A stretch of DNA of 63,723 bases, counting the filler, from Reclinomonas americana ATCC 50394 (lineage: Eukaryota): assembly GCA_048213135.1 (NCBI GenBank). It is 16 parts of 16 records of this genome, joined end to end, with 100 filler letters (N's around TTAATTAATTAA, not from the genome) between each part and the next. Parts side by side here need not be neighbours in the genome. Positions count along the whole stretch, not along the records: positions 37,680 to 39,717 come from AFZH01018395.1; positions 39,818 to 51,033 come from AFZH01018396.1; positions 51,134 to 53,850 come from AFZH01018397.1; positions 53,951 to 55,902 come from AFZH01018399.1; 12 more parts are not named here. The stretch is one strand, 5' to 3'. Positions 37,901-55,000 of this stretch are shown here, one piece after another. A program made the position numbers and the translations under genes. Numbering within the stretch: the stretch's first letter is position 1; each line of letters starts with the position of its first letter. The notes below the pieces were generated by a model, which saw nothing but the letters and a program-made list of their open reading frames with translations, had not been told where the DNA came from and made no database searches.

Positions 37901-38374
37901 AGATCCTGGTCACCAACATGAAGAAGGTGCTCAATACGCCTGAACGCGAAGCCTCCGAGTGCAAGACACCGTACGCGTTCTACCTGGACTGCAAGAAGCG
38001 CCGCAACGAGGATCGCGTGTATGTCATCTGTGCCGAGAATCCCGAGGACCGCAACGAGTGGAGCTCTACTATCAAGGCAGTAATGGTGAGTGTGCACTCT
38101 CCTCATGACCTCCCTCCTCGTCCTTCTCCTCACACCAGTATGTGTGCAGGACATGTGGGAGCTGGCGCTGCGTAACGAGGACCGGCGACAGATTTACGAG
38201 TGGGATTCGACGAGCACCTTGCCGGTGTTGCAGCCAGTCAAGGCCAGACCACGGCAGTCGGTGGCCTCATTGGCACCGTCATCGGCCGGAAGCGACGACG
38301 GCAGCAGCGTGTCGGGCAGCGAGATTCCCGACGGTCTCTCATCGATCGGATCGCCCACGGCAGTCTCACCATGA
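34959..38374 (+). CDS. Helical/TPR-like repeat protein with C-terminal PH domain
   Basis: TPR-like segments (ALEVNSADVDALVGLGMCY, KFKDAVRLNPDHAASYMGW, PDNFAALLLQAYAL) and, after a gap, a PH domain SGYLMKRGGLIKTWKRRLFVL...VYVICAENPEDRNEWSSTI. Joining across the gap is inferred. Confidence 0.7.
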
Positions 38375-38462
38375 CACAGCTATTTACTTGAACGACAGAC
38401 ACACAGCACAAGCAAATGAACATAAGTGGACCGCAGCATCGTTTGTGAGATATTTTCCTTCT

Positions 38463-39817
38463 TTACATCATCATTGGTGGCGGTGGTGGTGGTGGTGGTG
38501 GCGGAGGCGGAGGCGGTGGTGGTGGGTAATCCATGTCGGGAGGCGGAGGTGGTGCCGGGAACCCATAGCCTGGCGCCGGTGCCGCGTGCTGCGGCTCTTC
38601 ACGCATCTTGAAAAAGAGTTGCAGCGTAAACACATGCTCGCTGCGATCCCAGTTGGTGTAGAAGCGGCCGTCGCCCTTGTCGATCTCCACGGCGGGAATC
38701 TTGAATGCCACCGTCTCGTACGGCTCGGCGGCGAACAGCAGGTACTGGTAGCGCTTGTCGGGCGGCTCCAGTCGCTGCTCAAACGACGACATCATGCGGT
38801 GGCGCGGGTGTGCGGCCTCGTCAATGTCGGGGTAGTAGATCTGGAAGAGGAGCGAGCGTTGATTCGTGTCGGGATCGCGCTGCTTGGTGACGCGGTAGCC
38901 GGGGCGGCCGATTTTGACGGTGCGGCGCACGGGGCGGGCGGTTGATGTCATTGGCATGACCATGTTGGCCTGTGGGGGAGGGGAAAGGGTGAGGAGAGGG
39001 AAAGGGGGGAAAGCGTGAGGCGAGGGAGGGAGGGGAGGGGAGGGGAGGGGAGGGGAGAGAGAGAAACGAAGCAAGGAAGCAAATGAACGGCGAATGCAAA
39101 GGCATTGGGAAGGCAGAATGATGCACAGCAAGTCAGACAACAAGCAAGTCAGGAGCAGACAGCAGAGATCAAGAAAGCGACAGAACGATGAACACTGAAT
39201 GCACGAGTCCATCCAGACGGCAGAATGACGCAAGGAGGCTGAGGCCCAGAGCAGGCCACAGAAACGACACGGGAGACATAAAGCAACACGAGCGTGCAGA
39301 GCAGAGTGGTAGACGGGATGAACCACACATGGAAAGTGAAACAAGACGGGCAAACGAGGATGCAGGAGCGGGAGAGAGAGAGAGATCAAGGGCAGGCAGT
39401 GCAGAAACAACTGCGCATGTAAGAGCCTCACCTGCTTCTCCTTGGCCTCCATCGCCTGCCGTCTGGCCAAATTCAACTGATGTCTCTTTCCCTGCGTGTG
39501 CGCCAGATAGTTTCCCTCATTCGTGTGCAACGTCAGGCACAGCTTGCACTCGTACTGGCCGAGGTGATTGCGCATAAAGTACGGATCCTTGGTCAAATCA
39601 ATCGTCTCCAACGCCAATCGCCGCAATCGCTCGCGCCGGTCCACATTGGCGTCGCTCTTGGAGAGCAGCCCACCGGCTCCGGGCTTACTCCTGCACACTC
39701 ACACACACACACACACANNNNNNNNNNNNNNNNNNNNNNNNNNNNNNNNNNNNNNNNNNNNTTAATTAATTAANNNNNNNNNNNNNNNNNNNNNNNNNNN
39801 NNNNNNNNNNNNNNNNN

Positions 39818-39907
<90 letters not shown>

Positions 39908-40166
39908 TCAGAGACAAGTGCGGCAAACACGACATGTCCTTTCTCGCGCGCTCTTTCTCTTGACTCAGTCTTGTTATTTGCATACGTTATCATCAACAGT
40001 GTGATTATGACTAACGAGATTCCATTTGTAGCACAAGTCATCATTGTGTGCGAGAGAGAGCGCGGGCAGGAGATGTTCAACATGACCCATGCACACCACA
40101 AAACAAACACACACACACACACAATAAACTCACCCAAAGTCGCGGTCCAGTGACATGATGCACGCC
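38463..40166 (-). CDS. SF3A2: Splicing factor 3A subunit 2 (SAP62/Prp11)
   Basis: MSLDRDFG|SKPGAGG...RRERLRRLALETIDLTKDPYFMRNHLGQYECKLCLTLHTNEGNYLAHTQGKRHQ (matrin-type Zn finger), KIGRPGYRVTKQRDP, YLLFAAEPYET and a Pro-rich tail. First exon 40134-40166. Confidence 0.97.
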
Positions 40167-40301
40167 TACGCAGAGCTGCAACGTGAGTAACTGAGGGAGT
40201 GGCAAGCGCGCGAACATGAACGCAACTTTTTTTGAGTAACAGATGAACGGAATGGGCAGTGGATTTGCTTCGTGTTCTTTGCGTGTGCGTGTGTTGCGAC
40301 C

Positions 40302-43996
<3,695 letters not shown>

Positions 43997-44140
43997 TCGC
44001 CCGGATGAAAACAAGGGTGGGCATTGAAAAGAATGAATTGGACGAGGTGACGGAGTGTCTTATTCGCGCATAAGACAAATATTTGCGGAAACTGACAAGG
44101 AGAGCACTCACACTCTCCTTCTTCGTCATCTCTGTCTCAC

Positions 44141-47100
44141 ATGGTGGTGTACCCTCGCAACGCGTTCCCTCGCGGCCGTCTCGGCGAGGACGGCGATGGA
44201 TGCGAACTTGACAGTGGAGACATTGCATGGATGCTGGTGAGTGTCGAGAGACAGACAGAGAGAAAGGGAGAGTGCGCACACACGCACGTGCGGATCTCCT
44301 TTTTCTCACTCGTGCTCTCTCTCAGGTATCGACTGCGTTTGTGTACCTGCAGTCACCAGGTGAGCATGCCGCGCACTCATTCACACACTCTGTGTCATTG
44401 CGTGTGTCTCATCACAGTGCTGCGCAGCATGCGGACTCACACAAGCGGGAGTCATTCGTCGCAAGAACAGGTGCGACACACGCACACGTTCTCTGTCAGA
44501 GAATGAGAGCGACCTCACTCTTCTTGTTTCATCGCAGTCTGAGCATGCTCATGCAGTCGCTGACGGGAGTCGTGATCGGGGGACTCATGTGGATCCTGTG
44601 CGTGCGACGACTCTCCTCACACACACACATTCTCTCTCCTGTTCTCTCCCTCTCACTCCATCCTCTTTCTCCTCTTCCACAGCGTTGGATACACACTGAC
44701 ATTCGGTGAAGACTGCGGTGGTTTCATCGGCAACCTACGACACGTTGTCCTCAATGACAGGTTCATGACACGCTCACCAACTCACAGCCACCCACCCCAC
44801 TCACTCACTCACTCGCAATGCTTTCGTGGTTGTGATCGTCGTTATCATCATCAGCTATCGTTGCTATCCGGCTGGTGAGCGCCACTGGGCATTCGCATTT
44901 GATACTGAAAGCGAGTGTGACTGACAATCTGCTTGTCAGCACCGACCATCCCCGGTATCTTGTTTGCCGTGTTCCAGATGCAGTTTGCGGCCATGGTGCC
45001 TGTGCTGTGCACCGGTGCTTGGGTGCGTGACCGGCTTGCTTCCGCGATCTGCTTCTGCTGCTGTTGCTGACGAATCGATGCAGGCCGAGAAGCTGCACTT
45101 CAAGGCATTCATTCTCTTCTGCGTGCTCTTCCCACTCTTTGTGTATTATCCCATCGCACACTGGATTTGGGGCGGCGGTGCGTTGTATATACATTTGACG
45201 CGGCTGCTGCTGCTTCTTCTTTGATGTGACTAACACACGGGCTTTGCGCAGGTTTTCTGGCTGGGTGAGTTGAACATTGGTTGTTGCGTGCAGACTACTT
45301 GTTCGTGTTGGTTTGTTGACTTGCCTTCTGTAGTCTTGGCGTTCTTGACTTTGCTGGTGGCCTGACGTTGCGTATTCCCGTGTCTCACTCTCGCCATACC
45401 CCATTGCTCACTCCGATCTCCCACATCAGTATCCACACGGTGTCCGGCACGGCTGCTCTCGTTGTCTCACTGGTGCTGGAACGACGCCCCGAGATGGACG
45501 AAGTGAGCACCGGCGCTCACAACATTCCTGTGCGTGGCCTCCTGCTTCTCTCACACTGCTGTTATGTCTCTCTAACATTCGTTGGCGTGCTGTGCAGCTC
45601 ACTGGTCAGGCACCTGGGTTTCTGGTGCTTCTTCCGTTTGTACGTCGCTCACTCACTTGCATGCACGCCACTCAGTAATTGGTGGAGCACTTACTCACAT
45701 GGGCTGGTTCGCCTTCAACGCTGGTGAGTGCGACGATATCGGCTGGATCGTTCACATTGGCACCTCACACGTGTAACATGTATGTAGGCTCTGCCTTCGG
45801 TGCCAACTACGTCGCCGCCCATGCTGCCATCAACACGCACATTGGCGCAGTGACCTCCGGACTGGTGTGGCTGATCATTGCCTACTTCCGGTATGCACAC
45901 TCACACATCGATCGTGTACAACGTGCTGCCTGTGTCGTGTGCATGACTCCACTTGTCTGCATGCAGCACTGATTACTTCCACCTGACTGAGATCATCAAC
46001 GGTTTGTGCGCGCCTTGCTTTCCGTCTTTGCTCACTGTCTCCTGAACTCCTTCATGCACAGGCTCATTGGCTGGTCTTGCTGGCATTACGCCTGCTGCCG
46101 GTTACATTACGCACGGATCGGCACTTGGCGTCTCCGTGATTGTCGGCGTGGTATCGTACTTTTCCGTGTTCTTCCTTCGTGATCGGTAATTCCGACAGCT
46201 GTATTCGTCATCTGTGCATGTCTCGCACTCCCTCACCTTCTTGCAACACATATCAGCATTCAGATCGACGACGCCCTCGACGTCACCTCCCTGCAGGTGT
46301 GTGTGCATGTGATGTGTACACACATTGGTTTCGCAACTAATACAATCGCACACCGCAGGCCACACCTGGCCTGATTGGCACCATTATTGGAGTCGGCCTG
46401 TTTGCCACCAGCGATGTCAACACGGCCGTACCGTCACACCAGGAGGGTGCAATCTATGGTGGCAACTTTGTGCTGATGGCCAAGCAGGTGAGTGCGTATG
46501 GAGCATGTTTGCACTCCTCGATTCTAACGCTCCACCATGCAGCTGGTCGGCGCACTTGCCACAGTCGGATGGACGGTTTTGTGGACGTATATCATCATGT
46601 GCGTTGTCGCATTCATGTCGAGATCTCGACATATGCACACTGCGCTCACAGAGTGTTGCTGTGCACTCGTACAGGAAATTCGTCAACTGGCTCGTGCCGC
46701 AGCCGACAGTGGAGGAGATGATCGTCGGCCTCGATAAGACCACCCATGGCGCATCAGCGGTGAGTATTCTTGCCGTCTTCTATTTTCTACTGTTTGCACA
46801 CCTCTGACCTCCACGTTTGTGTATCGCTCTCCAGTATGACGAAGAGGTTCGCTGGTTTTGAGAGACCGCTGGTTTTCTCGTGATGCACATATTGATTGAT
46901 CTTGCTTGGTGATGCACACAGGATACGATGGATGCAAATGCTCGCCAGCAAAAGTTGTGCGAGGCTGCAGCACGCGGCGACCTCGACCAGGTCATGTCGC
47001 TGATCAAGCGTGGTGCGAATCCACTGGTTGGCGACTACGACGGACGCACGGTTTGTGTATGCATCACTGTTGACTCTGCTCTGTTGCTGACGACTATTGT

Positions 47101-49078
47101 GCAGGCATACCACTTGGCAGCCAGTGAAGGCAAGCAGCACATTCTCGAGTACCTACTGACGCTGCCGAAAGCCAACATCAACGTGAGCGACCGCTTCGGC
47201 AACACACCCCTCTCCGATGCCATGCGCCACGAGCACACGCAGGTGTCCGACTTTTTGCTGGCACATGGCGCTGAGGTGCAAACCAAGAAACTGGTGAGTG
47301 GTGCAGTCGAAGCTCGAAGAGTAACTTCGTTACCGGCTGTGGCAGCAGTGTCCCCTGACGTGATTGTTTTGTGCTCACAGGGCGAGGAACTGTGCAAGGC
47401 CGGTGCTGAGGTGTGTTGTGTTGCAGTTGCATTGTCTGCTGGGTAATTTCAATTCACTGACGATGGGTGTATCTCAAAGGGTGACCTCGAGGCTCTGAAA
47501 CGCATCGCTCGAGTAGCGCCCTTGTATCGTTCGTCTTTGCGCTGCTGATCCTGTGCTGAAAAGTCTTTCAAACTCACTGCATGCTGTTTGTGTCGCACAG
47601 TGCCCGATTATGATGGCTTGTATCACGAGTCTGTGCTGTCAGTTTATCATTCACTGTTCCTGACTCTGTTCGTCTGCCATGACAGGTCGCACTGCTCTCC
47701 ATCTGGCTGCGTGCGTACTTCTTGTTCTCTCTCCCTCACGCAGCAGTCTCATGGCCTCACTCCTCGCTTCGTGCAGTTCCAATGGTCACGAGGAGTGTGT
47801 CGTCTTTTTGCTCAATGGTTTGCCATTGCCGCTGCAGTACCTGCGTGATGACTGTCTCTCAACTGCACAACGTACAGCCGGTGTCGACCCCACTGTCAAG
47901 GATCGCTGGGGCGGAACACCTGCCGATGATGCCAGTCGACAGAACCACACAGCCATTGTGCGCATTCTGCAACGAGCTGTGAAGCGCATGGCCGAGAATT
48001 TGTGCCATGCTGCCTCTGTTGGTTGCGTGGCAAAAAGACACTGTATTCCCTCTGTCATGTCACGATACTCATCATTACTGCGCAGGTGACAAGGAGGAGC
48101 TGGCAAGGTTCATCGAGGCCGGTATTGACAGGTACTGCATGCAGTGTGTGGCATTCGTGGATCGCACCACTTATCGCATGCGCACGACAGCAACATGCAG
48201 GACTACGATGGTCGCTCGGCATTGCATCTGGCCGCCAGCAACGGTCACGCTGAATGTTGCGCAACGTTCACAACATGCATGCTAGTCACGACGCTGCCGG
48301 CATCCGTCACTGATTATGCGCAACTGCAGGTGTGCGTTACCTCATCAAGTTCTGCGATGTCAACATTCGTGACCGCTGGGGAAACACACCTCTGGCCGAT
48401 GCCATCCGTCATCGCCACGAGGATGTGGCCGAGGTGCGTGGCTGTGTGTATGTGTGCAGTGATGAGGAGGGAAGTGGTGACTGAACTAATGTGGCGCGAA
48501 CAGATCTTGCGTGCCAACGGCGGTACTGACGCACTGCCGCATGCCGATCACCACGGACACACTGTGGTGGAGAGTTGCGTGACATCGTGCAGCAGTCGAG
48601 GCTTCGTGGTTGCCTCTGATCTACAAGGATTTCTTTTGTGCAAACAGTGGGCATGCTTGGCGACGACGAAGACATCAGATATCAAGACACCGACGAGGAC
48701 TCGGCGAGGCGACCAGTACTGCAGGGAGCGAGCAGCAGTTCACGGGCTCCCGTACGGCGTGGGCCCGGAGCGTCGTCAGCTGCAGGTGCAGGGCATGCTG
48801 CTCACGGCAAGCATGAGCGATTTGGCATGGAGTTGCGATGCGCAGCGTGCACTCTTCGTCCATCGATGTTTCTCATCATGTGCATGACAGCTTGCTGGAT
48901 CCGCGAACACGAGAAAAGCTCAGAAAGCAGCCGCGTAGACCCGCAGACTCGGAGGAGGCTTGAGTCGTTCGCGGCAATAGAAGTTCTCGTCTCATGTCAA
49001 ATTTGTTCGGTGTGTTCTGTTGCCTCTTCATTATCACTTGCATGCCAAGCGTCGATGGTGCGGAGAATGCAGATGTAG
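44141..49078 (+). CDS. Ammonium transporter (Amt/Mep) fused to about 9 C-terminal ankyrin repeats
   Basis: DSGDIAWML, IRRKNSLSMLMQS, FQMQFAA, YYPIAHWIWGGG, VLDFAGGLTIH, GWFAFNAGS, AGLAGITPAAGY, DDALDV, EEMIVGLD.TTHG; then three ANK triplets (LCEAAARGD / DYDGRTAYHLAASEG / DRFGNTPLSDA). 3' end approximate. Confidence 0.9.
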
Positions 49079-49373
49079 TGTGTGTGTACGTGTTGCACGA
49101 ACGGCACGGCGCTCAGCACCACGTGCGCGTGGAGAGTGCGTACGTGGTGGAGACAAGAATCTCCGTCGGAAAAATCTCGAATTCGTGGATACACGGCACG
49201 CGCGAGCGTTTGTTGTTCCAGCATCATCATATTCCTTCCATTGCTGTGGTGGAGCGGAGACTACCACCCCTCATCGTGCCAACTCCTCCCATCCACGTGA
49301 GTTGTCCGTGCGAGAAAGCATGATTGTATGGCTCATTTGAAGAAGATCACAGCCCCAGTATTTGCCATCCACC

Positions 49374-50719
49374 ATGGGATCGTGCTCATCGCGCCAGAAG
49401 GCACTAAGCGAGGCCAATCGTCGCGGAAGCAGCGGAACAGCAAGTGACGAATTGGACTCTGTGCTGCACGGGTGAGTGTGTGTGCGGAACGAAGCAAAGC
49501 ACTGCTTCATTTGCCTCCGTGATAACATTGTCACTGGCCGCAGACCGGATGGCGCCTGGGGCATTCTGACTGGCGGCACGACATGGCACGACGCTCGACA
49601 GGACATGATCAAGCGCCTCAGCACCTTTCTGAGTGGCGATCAAGTGTCGCGCGTGCTGGCCAGCATCGGTTCGCTGTTGCCCAAGCAAATGCAACCGTCC
49701 ACTACATCAATTCTGACATTCCTCCTTGCACCCGAGCAGATCAAGCGCACAGCACCATCATTTCGGCCGAGCGCACCTCCATGTATCGGGAGATCTTTGA
49801 CCAAGTCGACAAGGTTCGGTGGTGGTAGTTGTGGAGAAGGAGAGACTGCAGTTTTGCTCACTCGCGGTCGCAGGACGGCGACGAGGTGTTGAACCGGCAA
49901 GAGACGAAAGAGTTTCTCGACTCCACCCACGATCGTTGCGCCAGTTGTCTGTATTCAATGGCCTGCGTGCACCTCATGATGTGAGTGCAGAATTCATCCA
50001 GGAGCTCGAGAAGCAGGGCGTGTCGGTCAAGCTGCCCACGCCAACGACGGCGCAGGCATGTTCTGCACCTCGCCTCGCTCAACTCGGCGTGTTCTCGTCT
50101 CACTCGTCTGGTGCAGATTGGTCGCATGGTGTCGCACGCCGTACCCGGTGCCGAGGGCAATCCGCGCGCCTTTATCACATTCGACATGTTCCGCCTCATC
50201 GCTCGGCGCGTGGTCGAAACGTCGCTGTGGCTCGGCACCATCGCCGTCGAGGTCCGTGAACGTGCCAAGCGCGCCCACGAGCTCCCGCTCTCCGCCACCC
50301 TCGCTGTCGGCTGCACCATGCGCGCCCTCTCCGGCCAACCCCTGCAAATGCCACCTGCCGCTGCTGGCACGACGACAACGACCGTCACCGCTGCAAGTTG
50401 CTCGCCGCCTCCTCCGATGACCGCCAAGACCTCCAGCACGCCTCCGCGCGTGCCCCTGGCCTCGCGTCAGCACGTGGCCGGTCGTCGCCGACACAGTGGT
50501 GGCAGCGCACTGCTGGCCTCGTGGGCCTCGAGCGGCGGACTGACGGCGGGCGAGCTGACGCGCTCCTCGCTGTCGTTCACCGAGTTGCATTCACGCACGC
50601 GCAGCAATGGTGCGGCCCTCCGTGGGCGCTGCGGTGGAGCGGCTCCGCTGCGTACCATGCACGCAGAGGACTTTGTGAATGGCGGTCGGCGCTGCCATCG
50701 GCCGACGCTGAGCACGTGA
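49374..50719 (+). CDS. EF-hand protein with putative N-terminal acylation motif
   Basis: MGSCSSRQK start; YREIFDQVDK|DGDEVLNRQE EF-hand loop; later FITFDMFRLIA; low-complexity tail. Confidence 0.55.
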
Positions 50720-51133
50720 ACATGAAGAGGTTGAACGGGCGGGAGGAAACGCTGCGACGAATGAAATTCCGCTCGATGTAATCAGACACTTTTTCTGAAG
50801 TGAGTGGAGCGGGCGTGTGCGTGTGGGGCAAAGGGGAGGGGGTAGCAGAGGAGAGGAAGAGGGGCGATGTTGTGCGAGTGTGATTGAGCGCGGACACGTG
50901 ATTTGTCTTTTGTGTGACACGTGTCTTTTGCGTGTGTGTGGGCTTGTTTGTGTGTGGGTTTTGTCGTGCGAGTGTGTCTGTGATAGTGATGGAGTGTTGA
51001 GCGAGTTGTGTCTGTGTGTGCGTGTATGGGTGTNNNNNNNNNNNNNNNNNNNNNNNNNNNNNNNNNNNNNNNNNNNNTTAATTAATTAANNNNNNNNNNN
51101 NNNNNNNNNNNNNNNNNNNNNNNNNNNNNNNNN

Positions 51134-51253
51134 GGAGGAGGTCTCGCCAGAGTAGTCGTAGTCGTCGTACCCCTGAATCAGAGAGGCAGAGAGTGAGATG
51201 CACAGGGGATCATTGCTCAGCACTGGCGCATGTGCATGTGCACATATGCACCA

Positions 51254-51287
<34 letters not shown>

Positions 51288-51405
51288 GTGTGTGTGAGTG
51301 CGTGAGAGTGCAGCGGTGTGTCTCTCACTCTGCTGCATGTTGTATATGACACGCACTCACCGGTGACGACGCATCGTACTCGCCATCACTCGAGTAGTCA
51401 CACAT
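51134..51405 (-). CDS. 5' exons of an unidentified gene (acidic, Tyr-rich N-terminus); rest in gap
   Basis: MCDYSSDGEYDASSP|GYDDYDYSGETSS with a GTGAGT donor and a CAG acceptor. Confidence 0.45.
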
Positions 51406-52063
51406 GGTGAGGCGAGTCTTCCTCCCACGTGACACACACACACTCACTCACACAAAACCAGACAAGAACGAAAGACGAGGGCGTCGTGCGAGCGGACACT
51501 GCGAGAAGAACGCGACGTTCGTTGTTCTCACACACTTCCACCTTGTTCATTCACTCTTTCTTTCTCTCTCACACGTTGTTGTTGCTTCCCGTGTTCAGAA
51601 CACCCAGCCATCCGCAACATCAATGACATCCTCCTGTGAGAGAGAACCACTTGTTAAGTAAATGTGACGTCTATATTCTCCTCCTCCTCTCTCGCATCAA
51701 CCACAGAGCGCGCAACACAAAGGACGCACATGCGCACAAAACGCGATCCAAACAAGTACATGCACACGCTCACAAGGAAGCACGACAAAGATGAAAACTG
51801 TTAAGACTCTCTCACTCACACACACACACACACGCACACACACACACGCACACGCACACACACACACAGCCTTGCCTGCGCATGCCCCTCACTCACCCAT
51901 ACACAAGCCTCGCGCGCTCTCTCTCTCTCTCTTTCTCGATCTTCTCTCTCTCTCATCGCCCTTCCACACTGTGCTTTCAAACCCCATCCACCCACCCACC
52001 CACACACACGCAACAGAGGCCATCACATTGTCGACATTCACCGAGCGCTCTGGCTCCTGCATC

Positions 52064-55000
52064 ATGGGGAACTCCTGCGCGCATCACAATCACAATCATC
52101 AGTGCCTCTCTCTCTCATTCTCGCTCTTTCCTTTGTGCCTTGCACACCTTTGGCGCAAAGGCCTGCTCCTCCTCGTTTGGCTCGTGGCAGTCGCTCATAC
52201 CTCACTCAAGAACACTCAGAGTGCGTCGTCGCTGCGTGCTCGCCTTCTCCGTCCGCTTTTGTCACCACACATATCCATGATATCTGCGCGCTGTCGTCTT
52301 GCGGGTGGCGGCTGTGTGTGTTCCCGCCCTCCACCACCACCACCACCACCTGCACCACCATCGTCTTCTCCTCATTCACCAACAACACCACCGCCATCGC
52401 CAACACGGCGCTCAACTCCTTCTCTCGTTGGCGCCGATTCCGTCCCTCGGACTCCACGAGTTGCGTGGCACACACACGTACACCTCTTCCACAGACTCTC
52501 TCACCTTGTGTTTGTGTGTGCGTGTTCGCAGACACCCTCCACTCCCGATGTGCAAGACCGCTCGCTCCGCAGTCCCTTCCGCGACGCCTTTCGTCGCAGT
52601 CGCGGTTCCAACATCCAGCTCGATGAGCCGGTGTGTGTGCGTTGAGAGAGCGAGAGGCTGTCTTTGTGTGTTCATCTCTCGAGGCGTGCAGGTTCCTGTG
52701 GCTCCACTGTCTGCGCGCGTGAAAAAGACGCGCGATGCGCTGCATCGGCAGTGGCGCGATCGCGTGGCTTCGCGCACTGCGTTGCCGCTGGTCTGTGTGC
52801 CTCGGCCGCTGTCACCATGCTCTCTCTCTCGTTCTCGCTCATTGCGCGCGTGTGTGTGTGTGTGTTGCAGTCCGGTTATCCGGCAAGCTCGTCGCTGAAA
52901 GACTTTACGCCGACATCGGTGGTCGGCCACCTGCGAGAGTTTGTGTCGAACAGACTGCACTCGGTGCGTCCCTTGCTTCTTCTTCTTCCTTGCCGCCCAG
53001 CCGCCCACCCAGTTTTGTCGCTGCAGGTGTTGGTCATTCTCGGCGCCCCGGGTTGCGGCAAGCGCCAGGTCATGGATCGTCTCGAGGAGCTGCTGTGGGC
53101 GTTGCCCAGCACGATTCCGCTGCGCGTGCACTTGCCGTCGGTGCCGCTCGAGTATCGTGGCGTGCCCGGTTCCTTTGTGCCGTATCTGCTGCTCACGGCC
53201 GGCTTTGTCGAGGAAGATGTGCGCGCGCTCTCGTGCTGCGTGTCTCCCGCAACTCGACACATGCTCACCTGCCTCGCATGCAGTTTGACGAACTTCGCAA
53301 CGGCGAGATGTGCCACCTGGCGATCCTCGCGGACAGCTACGACGACTGCATCGGCAATCCCATCAACCTGTACCGCGTGCATGACTTGGAGGTGCGTCTC
53401 TTTGCCTCCGCCACTTCCGCAACTGTGCACTCACCCCCGTCGCACCAGTCGTGGGGCGCGTCATTGGCCGTCGCCTGCACCACGGACTTTGTCGCTCGCC
53501 GACTCGAGCCCGCCGTGCTGGACTGGAAGAGCTACTTTACGCCGGCGCAGGCCGTCCCCGACGTGGACCAGTGGCCTATGCAGCTGGTGCTCCACGACAT
53601 TGACCAGAGGTCACTCGAGGAGTACTATCGACGGTGGGTCCTTGAATGCCCATCATGGCCACCGACACCTTGATCACTAACCGCGCGCGCACAACTCGTG
53701 TACAGCCTGCTGCGGCACGTTCAACGGGCGGCGCCGTCGGAAGAAAAATGGTGCTCACTCAAAATGCTGGAGAGCATACCCGGTCTGCGTGCGTTTGCCA
53801 CTCGGGTGCGTGGTTATCCATCGCCAGCACAGCAAGTCAGTGGTTTTCTCNNNNNNNNNNNNNNNNNNNNNNNNNNNNNNNNNNNNNNNNNNNNTTAATT
53901 AATTAANNNNNNNNNNNNNNNNNNNNNNNNNNNNNNNNNNNNNNNNNNNNTTCGCACGTTGCGTGTGGGATCTCACGTGCCCGTTCGACCGCCGTGGTGT
54001 TGGGTGCCGTGCAACGAGACCAGCGAGACGCACATGCTGCTGGTGTGCCATCCGGACGACGGTGACTGCTCACTGATTTCCGTGTCGGCGCATCGGGTCG
54101 ACACGACGTGTCGGCAGGTGCAGCTGCTGCGCGCCTGTCCAGTGCGAGAGGTGCGCGGTCGTGTGACCAAGTCTGTGCCGATCGGGGTGGCAGTGTCGCC
54201 GCTCGGTACGCTGGCGCTGGTGGCGGAGAAGAACAGCAACATTATCCGTGTGCATGCAATTGAGCCGCCGTACGATGTGGAGGACGCCGTCGACTACATC
54301 CGCATCGATGACGATCAGCAGGTGGCACAAATGACGTTTGATGCCCGCGGGAACTTTCTGTTGGTGGTCACCGTGCCGCCAACGAATCGGCGGCAGATGC
54401 GCGGCACCATTGCCGTGTACCGGTCGACCACACGCGAGGTCGGTTGTCTCACACGCCGTGTCGCTTGTGTTCTTGTGTGGTCTCCTCATCGTCGCACTCA
54501 CCCCGCTTGTCGTACCAGATGGTGTGGGAGGGCAAGGGCGAGGTGGCCGCGTGGCGCTCACCACGACGCAAGAGCAACGACGAGCCATTGCTGTTGGCCG
54601 TGGTCGTCCGCTCCGAGGCGTCACCGCAGCACTTGATGGTGGCTCTGCGCGACGCCATCAGTGGCGCGGTGCTGGGTGAAGAGCTCGAATTCGGCGCCTG
54701 TCCACCCGATCGGCAGCTACTCTCCGTCGCATTCTCCCCCAACTCACGCCTGCTGGCTGTGGGCGCCGCCAATCCGGGTCTGCTGCGCGTGTGGCGCGTC
54801 GGTCACGTGCTGGGTCGCGCGGCCGACGGGCCGCGTGGCCAGCTGCTGCTGAATGTCAAGCATGTGCGTGTCATTGGGTTTGGGTGGACGCACGACAGCA
54901 CGGCTCTGGTGGTGCTGTCGGCGCCGCTGTCGGCCGGTTTTCCGCCTCGCGTGGAGCAATATCGTGTGCTGGTGTTTCGTGTCACGGCGGTGAGTGACTC

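Noticed and set aside
49915..49992. Possible non-canonical intron in the EF-hand gene (K-E|F-I join lacks clean GT-AG)
   Set aside because: A GT...GAG alternative keeps the frame and the protein is too poorly conserved to fix the junction without RNA data.
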